A stretch of 63,887 nt of DNA, counting the filler, from Thraustochytrium aureum (taxonomy: Eukaryota): the NCBI GenBank assembly GCA_012862495.1. It is 6 parts of 5 records of this genome, joined end to end, with 100 filler letters (N's around TTAATTAATTAA, not from the genome) between each part and the next. Parts side by side here need not be neighbours in the genome. Positions count along the whole stretch, not along the records: positions 23,202 to 41,869 come from BLSG01000248.1; positions 41,970 to 60,623 come from BLSG01000249.1; 4 more parts are not named here. The stretch is one strand, 5' to 3'. A program made the translations under genes and the position numbers. Below the pieces are notes generated by a model that was not told the origin of the DNA, ran no database searches, and worked only from the letters and a program-made list of their open reading frames with translations. Numbering within the stretch: the stretch's first letter is position 1; each line of letters starts with the position of its first letter. Below, piece by piece: positions 35,789 to 47,534 of the stretch.

Positions 35789-36838
35789 CTAATAAAGGAA
35801 GGGGATGACGTACATGCGGTCGCTCGGGTACTCGGCGCCAAACTTCTCCACATACCAGTTGTGCGTCTGCGGCGGGGCGGTCTGCGTGTAAGCGCTCTTC
35901 CGGCTCTGGGGGCGCAACGCAGGCCGCAAACACCACCACTGTAGGAAACTGGACTTACCTGGGCGGCACGCGGAACGAGGTTGGCGACTGAAACGAGGAA
36001 AATGAAGAGACCGTTGGGGCCCCACGAGAGCAGGAAGAAACCGAAANNNNNNNNNNNNNNNNNNNNNNNNNNNNNNNNNNNNNNNNNNNNNNNNNNNNNN
36101 NNNNNNNNNNNNNNNNNNNNNNNNNNNNNNNNNNNNNNNNNNNNNNNNNNNNNNNNNNNNNNNNNNNNNNNNNNNNNNNNNNNNNNNNNNNNNNNNNNNN
36201 NNNNNNCTTGTCGTGCCATACGAGCATTGCGAGCCCGCTAAAGTAAGTGACGAGGCCGAGTAAGAACCTCGGGTCGCGCAGCCAGCGGCGAGTGAGGTGC
36301 TTGCCGTGCTCTGCAAACCACTTGGCATTCAGGTAGCCGTGTGTGATGGTGACGGCCGAGCCCATCACGGCGACGAGGACACAAAATTTTTCGAGTCCGA
36401 GTGGACACGCACCAAGTAGGGGAAGATCCAGCCGCGGTAAGAGTAGTGTATGCACATAACGGCGGCCATGATGCGCGGGACCAGCTCGTGGGACTGGGAC
36501 CCGCCCTTGACAAAGAAGAAGTAGCCAAAGGTGACGGTGACAGGCAGCTCGAGGAGCCACCATCCAACGCGCGGACTAATCGAGACGTACGCCACCTCCC
36601 CGAAGCGCCCGTACGCGGTGGAGCCAACGATCGACTCGGCGAAGAAGCACACAAAGGTGAGAAAGGCTGCCCACGTGACCACGAGGTTGAAGTGCGGATC
36701 GTCGCAGACGCGGATGAGCGCTAGCTTGCGCTTGAACGCCTGCGCTTGCGGCTCGCCGGCTGGTTTTGCGACATCAGGGCCGCGGAACGGCGCAGCCTCC
36801 TGCGGGGCCGCGCCTTTTCGCTGCCGGGCCTGAGCCAT
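35789..36838 (-). CDS. 3-oxo-5-alpha-steroid 4-dehydrogenase (steroid 5-alpha-reductase, SRD5A/DET2-like); intron 35867-35958; frameshift ~36385; gap 36046-36206
   Basis: STAYGRF, GWWLLELP, HYSYRGWIFP, HGYLNA, DPRFLLG, ANLVPRA|THNWYVEKFGAEYPSDRMYVIPFLY*. Confidence 0.9.
35867..35958 (-). other. Spliceosomal intron (92 nt) in 5-alpha-reductase gene
   Basis: Minus strand CAG|GTAAGT...CCGCAG|ACG; restores PRAAQ-THNWY. Confidence 0.8.
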
Positions 36839-37805
36839 TTTTCTTGGTACTCGTACGTTCAGGCAAGGATCGACGTTTGGCGCAGTTCAGGTGCTCTACC
36901 TGCTCGGCGCGATAGAGAACTGTCCAACGACCAGCCGGCGGGCGGGCAGCAAAGCGTTGCCACAGCCCGACGCGCACTCGAGCGCTGTTTGCGTCCTTCC
37001 CTCCTTCCCCGCTTGCCGGCCAGTGCGCGCGAAAAGCAGCGGCAGACACGAAGAGCGTCGCGCCGGTCGGCGAAAGCAAGTGCTCGTACCGTAGAGCACG
37101 GATGAGTGCACGAGTACCGAGAAGCCAGCCTTCGACAGCTCGCAGCTTCTCTCCCTGCGCGACAGTGACGACCTCTGGCAGCGTCCCGCGAACTGCCCGA
37201 GGCTTTGTCGCATCCCGAACTTGATCGCGCCGTGTCCGAGTCCACCTTGAGAGCCTCGCTCTTCACCACAACCCGCGCACACCCACCCGCGTGGTAGCGC
37301 CGTATCTAACTCTTGAACCAACCGCTCAACACTTGTTCAATAGTCTCTTCACCGCAACGAGCGCGCACCGACTCGCAGCCGCGGTATCCACCACAACCCG
37401 CGCACACCACCCTCCACCTTAGTGCCCTACGTAGCTCTTGAACAAAACGCCAGCGCCGCGGTCAATACCTTGAGCGCGTCCGTCTGGCCGCCTCTTGAGT
37501 CCCAATACATAGATAGTAACCTAAGGTAGTAGAGCATTGACGAGTACTGATATTCAGTATTGAGTGTAGGGTTAGGGCGCCTGTTTCACTGCAACTGTGC
37601 GCAAGCAGAGCGTCCGTCTTGGAGCGAAAGCGAGCGCGGGAGGGAGCGCGAGGGCAGCGCAGAGCCGATTGCAAGGAGCGGCGGGAGCAGAGCGATTGAC
37701 GCGAGGCAGCGGAGGCAGATCGAGGCGTGTCTCGCGGCGAGCACCGTGCTGTTGAAGAGGCCGGCTGGATTGACGGATTTTGCGATTTTTTTTCGGGTCG
37801 GCAGG

Positions 37806-38568
37806 ATGCTCGGCAGGGGTGCGGTGATGGCGCGCGGCGCGGTGGCGCAGCAGCAGCGCGGGCTGGCGCAGAAGGCGGCGGCCAAGAAGGAGGTCAAGCT
37901 GCCGATTCAGCTGTTTGGCCTGTCGGCGAGGTACGCCAACGCGCTGTTTGTGTCCGCGAGCCGGGCCGGTGACCTCGTCAAGGTGGAGGAGGACATGAAG
38001 GTGATCGGGGAGTGGCAGGCGAAAAACGCCACCTTCAAGGAGTACTTGAAGAACCCGATTATCTCGCGCATGGACAAGGCCAAGGACATGGGCGCCGTCT
38101 CGGCCGGCATGGCCGAGACCACTCGGTAAGTAGATTGTTGTCCTGTCGCCCACGCACACGCCTTGCCGCCTTCGCGCGGGCTGGCGGGGCAAGCGCAAGT
38201 AGTTTCGCAGCAGGCTGACCCGCGCGCCCATTCCCGTGGCACCGTGCAGCGGCTTCCTTGGCGTTCTTGCCGAGAACGGGCGCCTCAACGAGCTGGGCAA
38301 CGTGATCAAGACGTTCAACATGATCATGGGCGCGCAGCGCGGCACCGTCGAGGCCACTGTTACCGCTGCTGAGGAGCTCTCGAGCGCCCAGCAGAAGGCC
38401 ATCCAAAAGGCTATCACGTCGGGGTACCTCCAAAAGGGCCAGAACCTCAACCTTGCCATGCGCGTCGACCCATCCATCATCGGCGGCCTGCAGATCCAGA
38501 TTGGGGACCGCTTCCTCGATCTCTCGGTCCAGTCGGAGATCAACGCCGTCGCCAAGGTCCTCAACTGA
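37806..38568 (+). CDS. ATP5O: Mitochondrial ATP synthase subunit O (OSCP); intron 38126-38249
   Basis: Presequence-like N-terminus; PIQLFGLSARYANALF, FLGVLAENGRL, VTAAEELS, VDPSIIGGLQIQIGDRFLDLSV. Intron GTAAGT...GCTGAC...GCAG joins the frames. Confidence 0.95.
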
Positions 38569-39126
38569 GCGCGCATCGTCTTACATAAAAAAAGTAAACT
38601 CACTTCTGGCTGCGGTGCGCCCGTCTGGGCCCGAANNNNNNNNNNNNNNNNNNNNNNNNNNNNNNNNNNNNNNNNNNNNNNNNNNNNNNNNNNNNNNNNN
38701 NNNNNNNNNNNNNNNNNNNNNNNNNNNNNNNNNNNNNNNNNNNNNNNNNNNNNNNNNNNNNNNNNNNNNNNNNNNNNNNNNNNNNNNNNNNNNNNNNNNN
38801 NCGAAACGTCAATCGAGCGGCTCCGTTCGGTCGAAGCCGTCACAGCTCGGCCCGGAGGCTAGCGTGGTGTCAGCCGTGAATGAGCCCCGACGAGATAGTC
38901 GAACGCTCACAGGCCCACCACCGCCAGCACCTCTGCCGTCCAACCACCTTTCTCAGCGACCAACGCCGCCAGACTCGACGCCCCACCCCGCGTGGTGCTT
39001 GGCGGCCCAGCAACCGAGAGCGCCGCGGCGCGCCAAGCCAGGCCAGGCCAGGCCTTCCTCGGCCCTGCGCTTTGCGCGTCTCGGGCAGCGCAACCTGGGC
39101 GACATTGGCTGGCGGCCAGGCCCACG

Positions 39127-40215
39127 ATGGCCGATGTCGCCGGGGCGCGCGCCGCTGCCAGCGGCACCGCGGCCGACGCGGCTGTGCGGCGCGAGAACGT
39201 CGCGGAGCGTTTGCAGGACCTGCGCGCAGGCCTGGGCGCGAAGGAGCCTCATGACGCGCTGGCGGCGGACCCGGACGAGGCCAGCAAGGACGCCGGCCCC
39301 TCACCGTTCAAGGTGGTCGCTTCTGTCAGGAAGCAGCAGGCGAGGCAGTGCCTGGTCAGCGTGGACGAGATGAAAGGTCTCGGCGGCGAGCGACCTTCAT
39401 TGACCTGCTGCCAGCCTGTGGAAGGCATGGACTGCTTTGTGCTGAACGGCGTGCTGAGCCGCGAAGAGTGCGCCTACCTGATCGAGAAGACGGAAGCCAT
39501 GCAGTACTCGTTCTGGGACTCGCGGCCCGAGAAGAAGACAGAGTTTCGAAACGCCGACACGATCGAGCTGTCGCAGCCCGCGCTGGCGGAGCTGCTGTGG
39601 AGCCGCGTGGCGCCGTTTCTTGGTCAAGACGTTTCCGTCGTGCCTGGCGATTGCGACGCAGTGCGCTGGCAGCGCGACTTGGAGGGCGACTGGGAGCCCA
39701 TCGGCACGAACAAGCTCGTCCTTTTTGCGAGGTACAGAGACGGGGGTCACTTTGCGCCGCACACAGATGGCTTCAACGTGGTCGACTGCGACGAGCGGAG
39801 CATGTACTCGATCGTGCTTTTCCTCAACACGTGCGCAGAGGGCGGCGGCACGAGGTTTTACGATGACGAGCAGCGGGACAAGCTTGAGAAGGACGAGCAG
39901 GGCAGGTACACGGGGCAGCCGGAGCACGTCCTGCACACCGTTGACCCCGTAGCAGGTCGCATGGTCGTGTTTTTCCACAACATCCTTCACCAAGGGGTTG
40001 CCGTTGGGAGCGGCGCGGAGAAGTACATCATCAGGTCTGACGTCATGTACAGGAGGCGCGACCCAGTCTGCAAAACCGAGGCGGACCGAGCCGCGTTCAA
40101 GCTGTACGAGGAGGCCCAGGAACTGAGCACGGACGGCGCCATGGAGGAGGCGACGCGGCTATTTCGCCGCGCGTTCAAGATGAGCCCGGCGCTTGCAGAC
40201 GTGTACGGTATGTAG
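39127..40215 (+). CDS. 2OG-Fe(II) oxygenase, prolyl 4-hydroxylase-like, with C-terminal TPR-like helix pair
   Basis: VLSREEC, RYRDGGHFAPHTDG (HxD), LFLN...GGGTRF, PVAGRMVVFFH..LHQG, KYIIRSDVMY; tail AFKLYEEAQEL...EATRLFRRAFKMSP. Confidence 0.85.
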   Translation: MADVAGARAAASGTAADAAVRRENVAERLQDLRAGLGAKEPHDALAADPDEASKDAGPSPFKVVASVRKQQARQCLVSVDEMKGLGGERPSLTCCQPVEGMDCFVLNGVLSREECAYLIEKTEAMQYSFWDSRPEKKTEFRNADTIELSQPALAELLWSRVAPFLGQDVSVVPGDCDAVRWQRDLEGDWEPIGTNKLVLFARYRDGGHFAPHTDGFNVVDCDERSMYSIVLFLNTCAEGGGTRFYDDEQRDKLEKDEQGRYTGQPEHVLHTVDPVAGRMVVFFHNILHQGVAVGSGAEKYIIRSDVMYRRRDPVCKTEADRAAFKLYEEAQELSTDGAMEEATRLFRRAFKMSPALADVYGM

Positions 40216-40497
40216 TGTTGATTTCAAGGCTGTGGATTTTGTTGCTGTCTTTTCCTCGCTTGGACGCGCCGGCTCGGCCCAGCTCCAAGCGGCGCCGGCT
40301 CGGCCCAGCTCCAGGCGACGATGCGCTTGCTCGGGTGTGTAGGCGGGCTCTAGCTAGAGGCAGAGCGCAGGTCGCTCTGCGGGCAGGGCTCGGTCGGCCC
40401 TCCCCTCCCCTCCCCTCCCCTCCAGAGAGCATTGCGTGAGACAACGGCAAGGCGAAAATAAATTTCTTTGTCCCCAGCCCTGCTGGAAAAAGTCAAA

Positions 40498-41633
40498 TCA
40501 CACGTCGACGACCCAGTTCCAAAACCGCTTGCAGACGGAAACAGCCCGCTTGGGCGCCTTGCGCAGCTGCTCGGGTTGGCGGACGCGGTAGTCGGCAAGC
40601 TTCTGGTTGAAGGACGTCGACAGCGCCGACGGCGCGGCCGCCGCAAGGCCCGCCGCATCCGCAAGCGCCGGATCCGAGCAGGGCTTGACGCCGATCATCA
40701 CCTTGGCGTCGCCCACTGGCACAAACTGGCCGTTCTGCGCCAACGCGCGAGACGCGGCGACCTTGCTTCCGTACAGAATATGCATCCAATTGCCAGCCTC
40801 GCTTTGGTGCTGGTGGACCTCCCCAAACGACTGAAAGTGCCGCAGAACGGCAAACCCCGCCCCTGAGGGATATCCAAACACGGTTACCCACGGAGACTTT
40901 ACCTGAATCAGCTGGATCGCCGCCGTGACGCCCAATTCGTCAGCCTCGCCCCGCGATGAGCGCGAGTTCATCACGAGCGGCGACGACAGGTCGAGGCCGC
41001 GCGGCGCGCCCAAGTCGAGACCGCCGTGCCCACCGGTGCCGGGGGTGCGGATGGGCTGCCGCCTCCTGAGGCCCCCACCGTACCCGTCCGATTCAAGGGC
41101 TTCCGCATGCCGATCCACTTGCGGCGTCCGGGGGCAGGGAGACCGGATAGCAGCGAGTTGCTCGGCGGAAGGAGATCGGTCTTCCGGGGTCGCTCGCCCC
41201 GCGGGGTCCGCCGCTCCCGCCCACCGCTCCATGTGAGACGACGAGCTGGGCGTCCGACCGGTCGTCCCCAATCGCGCCAGCAGCCCCAACCAACTGGCGA
41301 GCCAGGGCCACGGTCAAGTCTGGACGCCCCTTTGAGCCCGATTCCCACGAGTTGTGCTTGCTGCATCATGCCGCCGCCGTTGCTTCGCGAGCCGAAATTT
41401 TCGGCGTCCTGCGCCGCGCCGCTCGTCGCAGCCGTCGAGAACATGGACTGGCCTACCGTCGGCCTGCTGGCCTCGCTCGCGCGCGCCGCGCTTGGCGGCG
41501 TGCTGCTGGGCCCAAAGAAAGTCGGCGTCTGCAATCCAGCCCCGTCGCCGGCGGCCGTCCGTTGTGGCGTCCCGAACGCGTTGCGTCCAAGGCCGCCTGC
41601 GCTGGACGCGGCCAGTTGCGCATTCCCAAACAT
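40498..41633 (-). CDS. NUP35: Nucleoporin Nup35/Nup53 (RRM-like domain); frameshift ~41290
   Basis: WVTVFGYP, VLRHFQSFGEV, GNWMHILY, ASRALAQNG, MIGVKPC; C-terminal amphipathic helix VCKRFWNWVVDV; disordered N-terminus with FG motifs. Confidence 0.85.
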
Positions 41634-41869
41634 GTCGCCTATCGACGGCGCGTCCTGTCCGCGGCACCGCACGACGTCCTCCCCAAATGCAGCGCCGCCA
41701 CGGACTCCTCCCGCTCGGCCGCCGCGCGCACGAAGCGGTTTGAAACCAGCCCGCCCTGCTGCCCGCTGCCCTGCTGCTCTTCGGTGAGTGACAACCACCG
41801 CATGCGGGGCAGGCTAGCAGGCGAGGCAACGAGCGCCAGCGACGCATTCGCCTGCGCCGCGGCAATACT

Positions 41870-41969
41870 NNNNNNNNNNNNNNNNNNNNNNNNNNNNNNN
41901 NNNNNNNNNNNNNTTAATTAATTAANNNNNNNNNNNNNNNNNNNNNNNNNNNNNNNNNNNNNNNNNNNN
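41870..41969. other. Artificial scaffold spacer
   Basis: TTAATTAATTAA at 41914-41925. Confidence 0.97.
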
Positions 41970-42843
41970 ATCACGACCTTGCCAGCCAAGTCGGGCAGCT
42001 GCTCGACGGACCACGTCATCTCGCTCGAAAAGATACTTGGCTTGCTCGTTGTGCGATGTTGGGCAGCTGCTTCGCCAGGGCTATCTCCGAGTCCGAGTCC
42101 GAGTCGTTTCGGGTCTGTGCAGCCCAGAGCATGGGTTGTTTACAAGTAGTTTGCTGAGGTGAGGTCAGGAGAGTAGTAATGCGTGCGTCGGCGAGCTGGC
42201 CGACGCCTGCTGACAGCAGGTGTCGCCTTGGAGTGCCAAACCCAAACCCTTCACAACGCGCCAGAAGCTGCCATCGCTGCACAGCGCAGGCCCATCCTTT
42301 TGAGACGTAGAGAGCACAGCTTCACATCTCGAGATGCCGATGTCGTCGCGAGGCGGTGCACACGGTCGTTGAGAGGCAGTTTGTTGGTCAGAATTGCACG
42401 CTATCGTCTTCTTCTTGACCGTTGAACGGATCAGCCTGCACGGACGGCAAGCTCGTTGGATGAGGTGCGGCAGGACGGCGGCGGCGGCGCGGCGGCGCGA
42501 CCGGGTCGATAAATTGGCGCGGTTTTGTTTTGCGACGAGGGTGCTTGCCACAGAACGTACTCTCTGTTGAAAGCAAGCCGCTTTCGGCTCAGGAGACGGC
42601 GTGGACCGCTGCTCCATAGTCGAGCTTCGGTTTCTCCCACGCAACATTCACAGCATCACCGACAGACGGTTGCAGTTGTCAGTACCGACTGTATTCCGTC
42701 GCAGACCGACATCTCCGGCAAGTGCGACTCTCCAGAAGAGCGCGCGCCGAAGACCCTTGCCAGTGGCGCGGGGGCGGGTGTTGGCGAGCACGAGGCTGTG
42801 GCGGGCCGAGGCGTCCAAGCCAAGCCAAGCGCGGGGGGGCTCC

Positions 42844-43896
42844 ATGGACCGCCACGCATACTCGCGAGTCTGCGATCTCACCGGCGAGGCTGGGCAATGC
42901 GGCTCTGCCGACAAACTCTCGAGACACGACGAGGTCGAGGTCGAGGTCGAGTGCGGGGAAGCATCGCAATGCAGGATATGCCTCGACATCGGAGGCGAGC
43001 TGATCGCGCCATGCTCTTGCAAGGGGACGAGCAAGTGGGTTCATCGACATTGCTTGGACGAGTGGCGCGCGAACGGGTTTCGCGACGCGTTCACGCACTG
43101 CTCCGAGTGCAGGGCTGCATACGTCCTTGACGAAGTCGCCAAGAGGTCCGCGGAGAGCGCGTGTTTTCGTCGAAGCTGTATGCGGCTTTTGATTTGCCGA
43201 GATGTGGCACTTCTCCTGCTCGCCGTTCAGCTGGCTGTTTCAGCAGTCGCGCACGCTTGGCGCGGAGCTGACGTGCTGCTGCCGAAGGTTTGTCCGAGCG
43301 GGGCAGGCAACGCAACCGACTGCCGCGCACCCCTTTCGCCACCCTGCCAGGCTTGGGGTCTTGGGGTCCGGGCATCGAGCTGGGTCACGTACTATGCTCT
43401 TGCAGCTGTGTCGATCCTCGTCGTCTTCTCTTGGTGGGCGCTTTGGAATCGCCGGCGGCTTCCGAATCCGTGCTTCCCGTTCGGCTGCTGCGCAGAACCA
43501 GCCGAAGCCCACGTCTGCGAGCCCCCCGTCGTTTGCGGTGACGTGGGGGGTTGCGATGGTGGCGAGTGCTGCGCCTGTCTTGCCTGCGTAGCAGCCGTTG
43601 CCGTGCTGTTCTTCACTGTCGTAGGCATCCTGTACGCTGTCGCTATATTGCCCACGATCGCTCGACGCATCGTCGAACGGCATGCGCATATTGCCGAGAG
43701 ACGCAAATTAACGCAGCTCTTTATTGTGCGCGACCTCGCCGCTGCATCCAGGGGAGCGGCAGAGCAGGTCCGCGCGGCGAACCGAGACGTTGGCTTGCGT
43801 GCTGCACTGCTTACTCCGACCATCGAGCCGGTCCTCACAAGAGTTGAGCTCTCCGGCGCGGGCTGCCGACACCCGACCGATATTTTGCCAAGCTAG
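42844..43896 (+). CDS. Membrane-associated RING-CH (RINGv, MARCH-like) E3 ubiquitin ligase
   Basis: CRICLD...LIAPCSCKGTSKWVHRHCLDEWR...FTHCSECRAAY (C4HC3), followed by about three TM segments and a Cys-rich loop. Confidence 0.88.
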   Translation: MDRHAYSRVCDLTGEAGQCGSADKLSRHDEVEVEVECGEASQCRICLDIGGELIAPCSCKGTSKWVHRHCLDEWRANGFRDAFTHCSECRAAYVLDEVAKRSAESACFRRSCMRLLICRDVALLLLAVQLAVSAVAHAWRGADVLLPKVCPSGAGNATDCRAPLSPPCQAWGLGVRASSWVTYYALAAVSILVVFSWWALWNRRRLPNPCFPFGCCAEPAEAHVCEPPVVCGDVGGCDGGECCACLACVAAVAVLFFTVVGILYAVAILPTIARRIVERHAHIAERRKLTQLFIVRDLAAASRGAAEQVRAANRDVGLRAALLTPTIEPVLTRVELSGAGCRHPTDILPS

Positions 43897-43940
43897 CTGC
43901 AACGTAGTCGAGCTCTTTTTTGCGGGCGCAGTATACCACG

Positions 43941-43970
43941 AAACAAAACAAAACAAAACAAAACAAAACA
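43941..43970. repeat. (AAAAC)n microsatellite between convergent genes
   Basis: aaacaaaacaaaacaaaacaaaacaaaaca. Confidence 0.85.
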
Positions 43971-44108
43971 GCACATTTATGTGAATTGCTTTTGGGCGAG
44001 CTACCTCAGGGTCGCATCGCACGCGCGCCAAACGGGCCGTTTACATCTACATACCCCACCCTTCTTGACAAAGAGCACGCCTGCAACGCAAAAAGCGACA
44101 GAGCAGGC

Positions 44109-45780
44109 CTAACTGGCGCACGTGGCGTTACCCGGTGGAAACCCACCCGTGTCTGGATATAGTCGGATGCAGTACGCGCTTCGCAGTCCGCCATCCAGGA
44201 GCCCGCCGCAGCGCATGCATTCGCACATGTCGCTCTCGAGGCAATTCGAAAAGTCCTCGTTGACGCTTACCACTGCGTATGATATGGCGGTGGCGAACAA
44301 GGACGCGAGAACTACCAGGACGGGGAAGTACCAGGGGCGACCGTTCCACACCTGCAACAGATTGTAGCCGCGACGCGTCTCAACGATTCCACAGATGATA
44401 TCGACGCCAATCTCTGTCACAAACTGCGTCAAGCCCCACAGTAGCGGAGCGCCGGCGTGCGCGGACAAAGACCACGGGTTTGAAAGAGTATAGTAGGCCA
44501 GCGGGGTCTGCAACACCGCGCCGCGGCACACGACGATGATTGCCGGGGCCATTGCGATGGCAACGTACTCAGCGAGCTGCTCGCTGACCGTGACGAGCGC
44601 GTAGAAAGCGCGCTCGCTTTCTTCTTCCTCTTCGCAAGACGTGGCTACGACGGAGCTTGACCCGAAGCGAACATGGGTGCCACCAGATAGCTTCAACTTT
44701 GCCGAAGAAGGCTCCGGGTACGAGCCTGTTTGGCCGCTTCACCGACGTCTGGATATCTGGCAACACGCGGACGGTGGTGCGACGCTCACCGGCGCCATTT
44801 CGGATCCGGGAGCAAAGAAGTCTGCGAAAGTAGCCGTCCCGCCACGAGAGGGAGATGCGCAGGAATATCTCGGTGCCGGCTTGGAACGCGATTAGCAGCG
44901 CCATCCACGTTTGATCCCGAATGTTGAGGAAGAAGAGTCGAACCAGAAGCGAGAGCGTCACCTGGGCCCAAAGGACCGCCGCCCAGGTAACCTCGCGTCT
45001 GACTGCAACCCCAGTTCCGCCCACAAGCAAGTCGCGCGTCAGGTAGTCTGCGCTGAGGCGCGCCAAGAGGTATATGCCTTCGCGGGTAATCGGGAAGACG
45101 ACGAAGGCGAGCACGAGCTGCAAGTCCTCATCGTTTTGGTCCATGGACTGCACGACCTGCATGAACACAAATCCAATGAAAAGGCTCGCCACCTGGCCAA
45201 ACACCTGGATCCATATCCCCGAGTCCTTGGGGAGAAGAAAGATGAGCGACGGCACTGACGAAATGACCGTAAGTATGGAGACCAGCTGCGTCACCATGGA
45301 GAACTCTGACAGCTTCCATCTGCAGAACACAAATACGCAGTAACAGACGGCAACTGTACCGACGATTATGGCTTGCTGGCGCCGGCTGAGCACGACGTAC
45401 ATGACGAAAAACGTTGGGAAAAACGAGAAGAATGCGACGTCAAACTGGATTCCACGCAGTATCGACTCGCCAAGGTTCAGCTCGCCAATATTGATCCTCA
45501 CCGTCTCATTCGCAGCCGGGTCAATGATCCAAAAGCTATTGTACGGGTTTTTCTGATTCGTCCAGTAGAATAGAGCGCCAGCGATAGCGCCTGGAAACGA
45601 GGCAATCGACAACGAGAGAGCTAGCTGCAGGCTGCCTAGGGCTGTGTCCCAAAGCGGCTCACTCGCGCTCGTTTTGCGCTCCGCGTTGCTGGACCGGTCG
45701 AGCGTCTTCGATTCGCCTTGCACCGCGTCTGCCGTGTCGCTGCTCGGCGCGACGCCGGCGGCCGTCGTCTCGCCAGCCAT
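44109..45780 (-). CDS. Hypothetical multi-pass membrane protein; frameshift ~44700
   Basis: 403-aa and 195-aa overlapping ORFs with roughly ten hydrophobic segments in total and a Cys-rich C-terminus. No family recognised. Confidence 0.65.
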
Positions 45781-46199
45781 CGCGCTGCGCCAGCGAAGCA
45801 GGTCGATTCTGCCTTTGCTCCAGCGGAATAGAGATCCGGCGGGACACTACAGCAGCGCCACGCTGCAGCGAAAGCTCTGCAAAGCCTTCCAACACAAGAC
45901 CGCGTGAGTCGTTTTGCACTCTCCTTCAACGGACTGCTTCTTTCGCAAGCAGAATGCAGCTGCCACACAGTATTGCAGTCACCCAGATCGCCAAGCGGTC
46001 GAGCACGAGAGAGCGGAGGCATTTGCCAGAGGATGCAACTTGAGCTGTAGGCCTGCTGAAGAGGATCTCCACGGAACACGGCGGCATCTCCCGTTGGCGA
46101 TCCATGTTGCCCAAATTCGAACGGCTATAACACGAACGGCTCTACTCTACAACTAAAGACGCAAGCGCGACCTTTTACCTTTGTGGCGGGCCGAGTCTC

Positions 46200-46253
46200 C
46201 CGACAGCTATTTGACGGCCGACAGCTATTTGACGGCCGACAGCTATTTGTCGG
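46200..46253. repeat. 18-bp tandem repeat x3 (CCGACAGCTATTTG(A/T)CGG)
   Basis: Directly visible; each unit has self-complementary ends. Confidence 0.85.
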
Positions 46254-47131
46254 CCGAGCTCGTCTCGTACCAGGCCGAGCCGGGCCAGCCGCTGTGCGGC
46301 GCGCGCGCNNNNNNNNNNNNNNNNNNNNNNNNNNNNNNNNNNNNNNNNNNNNNNNNNNNNNNNNNNNNNNNNNNNNNNNNNNNNNNNNNNNNNNNNNNNN
46401 NNNNNNNNNNNNNNNNNNNNNNNNNNNNNNNNNNNNNNNNNNNNNNNNNNNNNNNNNNNNNNNNNNNNNNNNNNNNNNNNNNNNNNNNNNNNNNNNNNNN
46501 NNNNNNNNNNNNNNNNNNNNNNNNNNNNNNNNNNNNNNNNNNNNNNNNNNNNNNNNNNNNNNNNNNNNNNNNNNNNNNNNNNNNNNNNNNNNNNNNNNNN
46601 NNNNNNNNNNNNNNNNNNNNNNNNNNNNNNNNNNNNNNNNNNNNNNNNNNNNNNNNNNNNNNNNNNNNNNNNNNNNNNNNNNNNNNNNNNNNNNNNNNNN
46701 NNNNNNNNNNNNNNNNNNNNNNNNNNNNNNNNNNNNNNNNNNNNNNNNNNNNNNNNNNNNNNNNNNNNNNNNNNNNNNNNNNNNNNNNNNNNNNNNNNNN
46801 NNNNNNNNNNNNNNNNNNNNNNNNNNNNNNNNNNNNNNNNNNNNNNNNNNNNNNNNNNNNNNNNNNNNNNNNNNNNNNNNNNNNNNNNNNNNNNNNNNNN
46901 NNNNNNNNNNNNNNNNNNNNNNNNNNNNNNNNNNNNNNNNNNNNNNNNNNNNNNNNNNNNNNNNNNNNNNNNNNNNNNNNNNNNNNNNNNNNNNNNNNNN
47001 NNNNNNNNNNNNNNNNNNNNNNNNNNNNNNNNNNNNNNNNNNNNNNNNNNNNAAGGAAGGAGGCGAGGAGCTGCAGGCGCGCGTCGAGTACTCTGCTGGC
47101 TCGAGCGCGCACCGATCCATCCAACGGGCTG

Positions 47132-47170
47132 TCCATCCATCCATCCATCCATCCATCCATCCATCCATCC
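47132..47170. repeat. (CCAT)n microsatellite upstream of dynamin gene
   Basis: tccatccatccatccatccatccatccatccatccatcc. Confidence 0.85.
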
Positions 47171-47534
47171 AACAAACAACCTGCCTTCGGGAGCGCGAGC
47201 GCGCCCGCGCACGCTTGGGACGGTGGTGAGTATGTCTGGCCATGGCTGGCCTCGGCGGGGTTTGGCTTGGCAGGAACGTGCGCGCGGGAATTGCCAGGCC
47301 GAGGGCCGGCCGGAGCGAGGCGCTGGGCTCGGCTGTTGCTGCGGGGCTGGCGTCGCGCGTGATGCGGCCGGGGCGCTGCCGCCGGAAGCCGCTGGGCGCG
47401 GCGAATGGCCTGCGGGAGGCCCGGGTGGCGGTGGGTCAATATCAATTTGCGGTCGCTAACTGTGGGCTCGGTCGCGGTGGCGGGTTGTCCGGCTGCAGCA
47501 GGCGAGGAACGGCGCGGCGGATCGAGGAGCGAGC

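Noticed and set aside
8132..47052. Very long ORFs in the track that span N runs
   Set aside because: Ns translate to X with no stops, so these lengths and frames are artefacts.
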